NCBI GenBank assembly: GCA_036676395.1 | Contig: JAKFCY010000002.1 | Coordinates: forward strand, 1,888,001-1,952,000 | Direction: 5' to 3' | DNA length: 64,000 nucleotides | From: Bdellovibrio sp. | GTDB lineage: Bacteria > Bdellovibrionota > Bdellovibrionia > Bdellovibrionales > Bdellovibrionaceae | Shown here: piece after piece, positions 61,664-64,000 of the stretch | How the letters are laid out: the number at the start of each line of letters is the position of its first letter | How positions within the stretch are numbered: position 1 is the first letter of the stretch | Translations under genes and position numbers: made by a program | The notes under the pieces: generated by a model | Told to the model about the DNA's origin: nothing | The model's input: the letters and a program-made list of their open reading frames with translations, nothing else | Databases searched by the model: none

Positions 61664-64000
61664 CTAGAACGGAGGACCAATCGAGAACTCAAAGTTAACT
61701 GAGTCGCCGTTGAATTCATCCGTTTGCAATGGCCAACCCCACTCGAAGCGTAAAATTCCAAGAGGCGACTTCCATCTAAAACCCATACCAATATCACTTA
61801 AAAATTTTGATGAGTTAATATCATCTTCAGCCTGACCAATATCATAGAAACCCACACCACTTAGCCCAGCTTCTTTAATTAACGGAAACTGTAATTCAGT
61901 TTGGAATAAAATTTGTTTCGTACCACCGACAATCAAATTAGCGGCTTTACGACGGTCTTCTTCAGAAATTCCTGGGCGGTGGAATGGCGATCCACTGGTT
62001 CCGATGGCATCATAGCGAGCCTGTGAAAACACACGTTTACCAACGCCAGAAGAGCCGAAACCACGTAATGTGTACGGACCACCTAATTGATAAGTTTCAC
62101 TGAATGGAACTGACCCGCCCTCTTCGATCGGTTGAATGTTTGAGTAAGAAATATTATTTCTCCAAACAACATCCCAGAATAAATTATGAAAAAACTTAAA
62201 ACGGCCTGAAAATTCTTGGTATTTTAAATCCCCGCCAAAACCTGTGCGTTCATAACTGATATCTGTGTAGATACCTTTAGACGGCTCTTGACGGTCATTA
62301 CGATTATCAAATTCTAATGTGCCTTGCATAGCCGATGTGATTCCGCGGGCTGTGTCTAACGGGAAGATCAATGGATCTGTGTTTTCATTTTCAAAAAGCT
62401 CTGTTTTATCTAAACGGTATCTTAAGTAGGCACGCGTGTAATCACCATACACGGGATGACCGAAACGTAAATTTCCACCGGTTTTACGAATATCGTAATT
62501 AATTCTGGCTTTATTTTCAATGTAAAATACATCAAAGCCTGAAGACCATTTTGTATCTAAAAAATATGGATCTGTAAGACCTAATTTGTAATCCTGACGG
62601 TTTTTAGAGGCATCAATCCGCGCTTCTAACGATTGGCCCAAACCACGAAAATTGTTCTGCTGAACTGATCCACCTAAGCTGAAACCTTGCGTATTACCGT
62701 AAGCTGCCGTTAATTGAATTTGCCCGGTGTTACGCTCTTTTACCACAACTTCGATGTTTAACTGATCTGGTTTTTCAGGAGGTGTGCTTGTTTTAAAGTT
62801 TACTTCTTCAAAGAAGCCTAAACGCTGAATGTTTTCTTGTGATAGGCGTTTGCGGGTTTCATTGTAAAGCTCGCCCTCTTCGATTTTTAATTCGCGGCGA
62901 ACAACCTTATCGCGAGTTTTTGAATTTCCGGTAACAATGATATCACCGAAGTAAACCTTGTTACCTTTTTCGAATTCAAACACTAAATCGACTTTTTTAT
63001 CTGAATCACGAAAATTATAACGTGGAATTACGTTGGCAAAAGCATAACCAAGATCGCCGTATTTCGCCTGAAGGTCGGTGATATCTTTACGCATCACTTC
63101 GACAGAAAAAATGCCGTTATCTTTGATTTTTACCGCATCGTAAAGTTCAGATTTTGGAAACAATAAGTCTCCGGCGAAATCAACTTCACCGACGTAGTAC
63201 TGCTCACCCTCAGAAATGTGGTAAGTGATGTAGATTGATTTTTTATCCGGAGTTACTGTCACTAGCGGGCGGTCGATCTTAACCTGTAAAAAACCTTGGT
63301 TCCAGTAGATGTACTTTAAAACCTGCAAGTCTTGGTCAAAGGCTTCTTGTTTGAAAGAGCCTGAGTTAGACATGCCTGAGAAAAAACCTGCTTCTTTAGT
63401 GAATAAGCGTTCTTTTAACTGGTTATCTTTTAAAATCTTATTGCCGATAAAAGTCATTTTTTTAACTTTTACTTTATCATTTTCAGTAATCACAAATTTA
63501 ACACGCACGGTTTCACCGGCTGTTACGTCTTCGATCACGGGTTCGATTTTAACCAGGTAATAACCTTTTTCTTCGTAATATTTTAATAACTTTTCAACCG
63601 CTGATTGAATTTTTGCATTATTAACAACTTCAAAAGCTTTTAAGCCTGACTGCGTTTCTAAGTCTTCAGATTTAATTTCTGATTGGCCCTCAAAAACGAT
63701 TTCAGCCACGATTGGTTTTTCGATAATTTTGTAAACTAGTTTCAAACCTTTAGCTGTGTTTTCTTTTAAAACTTCAACCTGAATAAAATAAGTCATCGCA
63801 AATAAATTTTGAATGTCTTGTTTTACGTTTTGTGGATCAAAAGATGAACCTACTTTAGAAACTAGTTTTGCTAAAACTGCATCTTTTTCGATTTTTTTAA
63901 GACCTTGGATTTCGATTTCAGCAACTGCTGGTTTGCTTGTCTGCGACGAGGCAACCTGAGCCATAAAAATGCCCGTGGTGAAAATCATGATAGAGAATAA
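61664..64000 (-). CDS. bamA: Outer membrane protein assembly factor BamA (5' end probably beyond window)
   Basis: POTRA repeats, GNSKTRDKVVRRE, LRGF, W.SPLG.LRF, FEFSIG; frame stays open from ATG 63988 to the window edge. Confidence 0.97.
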   Translation of the reverse strand, partial: LFSIMIFTTGIFMAQVASSQTSKPAVAEIEIQGLKKIEKDAVLAKLVSKVGSSFDPQNVKQDIQNLFAMTYFIQVEVLKENTAKGLKLVYKIIEKPIVAEIVFEGQSEIKSEDLETQSGLKAFEVVNNAKIQSAVEKLLKYYEEKGYYLVKIEPVIEDVTAGETVRVKFVITENDKVKVKKMTFIGNKILKDNQLKERLFTKEAGFFSGMSNSGSFKQEAFDQDLQVLKYIYWNQGFLQVKIDRPLVTVTPDKKSIYITYHISEGEQYYVGEVDFAGDLLFPKSELYDAVKIKDNGIFSVEVMRKDITDLQAKYGDLGYAFANVIPRYNFRDSDKKVDLVFEFEKGNKVYFGDIIVTGNSKTRDKVVRRELKIEEGELYNETRKRLSQENIQRLGFFEEVNFKTSTPPEKPDQLNIEVVVKERNTGQIQLTAAYGNTQGFSLGGSVQQNNFRGLGQSLEARIDASKNRQDYKLGLTDPYFLDTKWSSGFDVFYIENKARINYDIRKTGGNLRFGHPVYGDYTRAYLRYRLDKTELFENENTDPLIFPLDTARGITSAMQGTLEFDNRNDRQEPSKGIYTDISYERTGFGGDLKYQEFSGRFKFFHNLFWDVVWRNNISYSNIQPIEEGGSVPFSETYQLGGPYTLRGFGSSGVGKRVFSQARYDAIGTSGSPFHRPGISEEDRRKAANLIVGGTKQILFQTELQFPLIKEAGLSGVGFYDIGQAEDDINSSKFLSDIGMGFRWKSPLGILRFEWGWPLQTDEFNGDSVNFEFSIGPPF

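Overview
Chromosomal window of a Bdellovibrionota predator (Bdellovibrio/Pseudobdellovibrio-like), inferred from gene order and lineage-typical families (S74-chaperoned fibre adhesin, TIGR02147 regulator, ribF-pilB-pilT-pilC-pilS-pilR). There are three core blocks, mostly on the minus strand: (i) rimP-nusA-infB-rbfA-truB-rpsO-pnp-M16 peptidase-dut (5.4-18 kb); (ii) ribF and the type IV pilus genes (42-51 kb); (iii) bamA-skp-lpxA-gnnA-lpxB-lpxK-lpxL-DUF3108-GT9 (54-64 kb). An accessory stretch downstream of tRNA-Leu(CAA) (20.6-41.3 kb) is rich in secreted and surface proteins. The most notable observations are: a two-gene operon pairing a repeat-built mosaic trimeric fibre with a large LVIVD beta-propeller protein that carries the same disulphide module; a cryptic lytic-transglycosylase-like protein with a small CGSGLC partner (possible effector/immunity pair) inserted between rpsO and pnp; a porin + small binding protein + hybrid kinase triad; several sigma28-type promoters placed for leaderless translation, plus a candidate sRNA; a sigma54-driven beta-barrel gene followed by a SurA-core-like gene; and apparently degenerate PilT and AroE homologues. 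I saw no integrase, transposase, CRISPR array, reverse transcriptase or rRNA. All calls come from reading motifs by eye; no searches were run.
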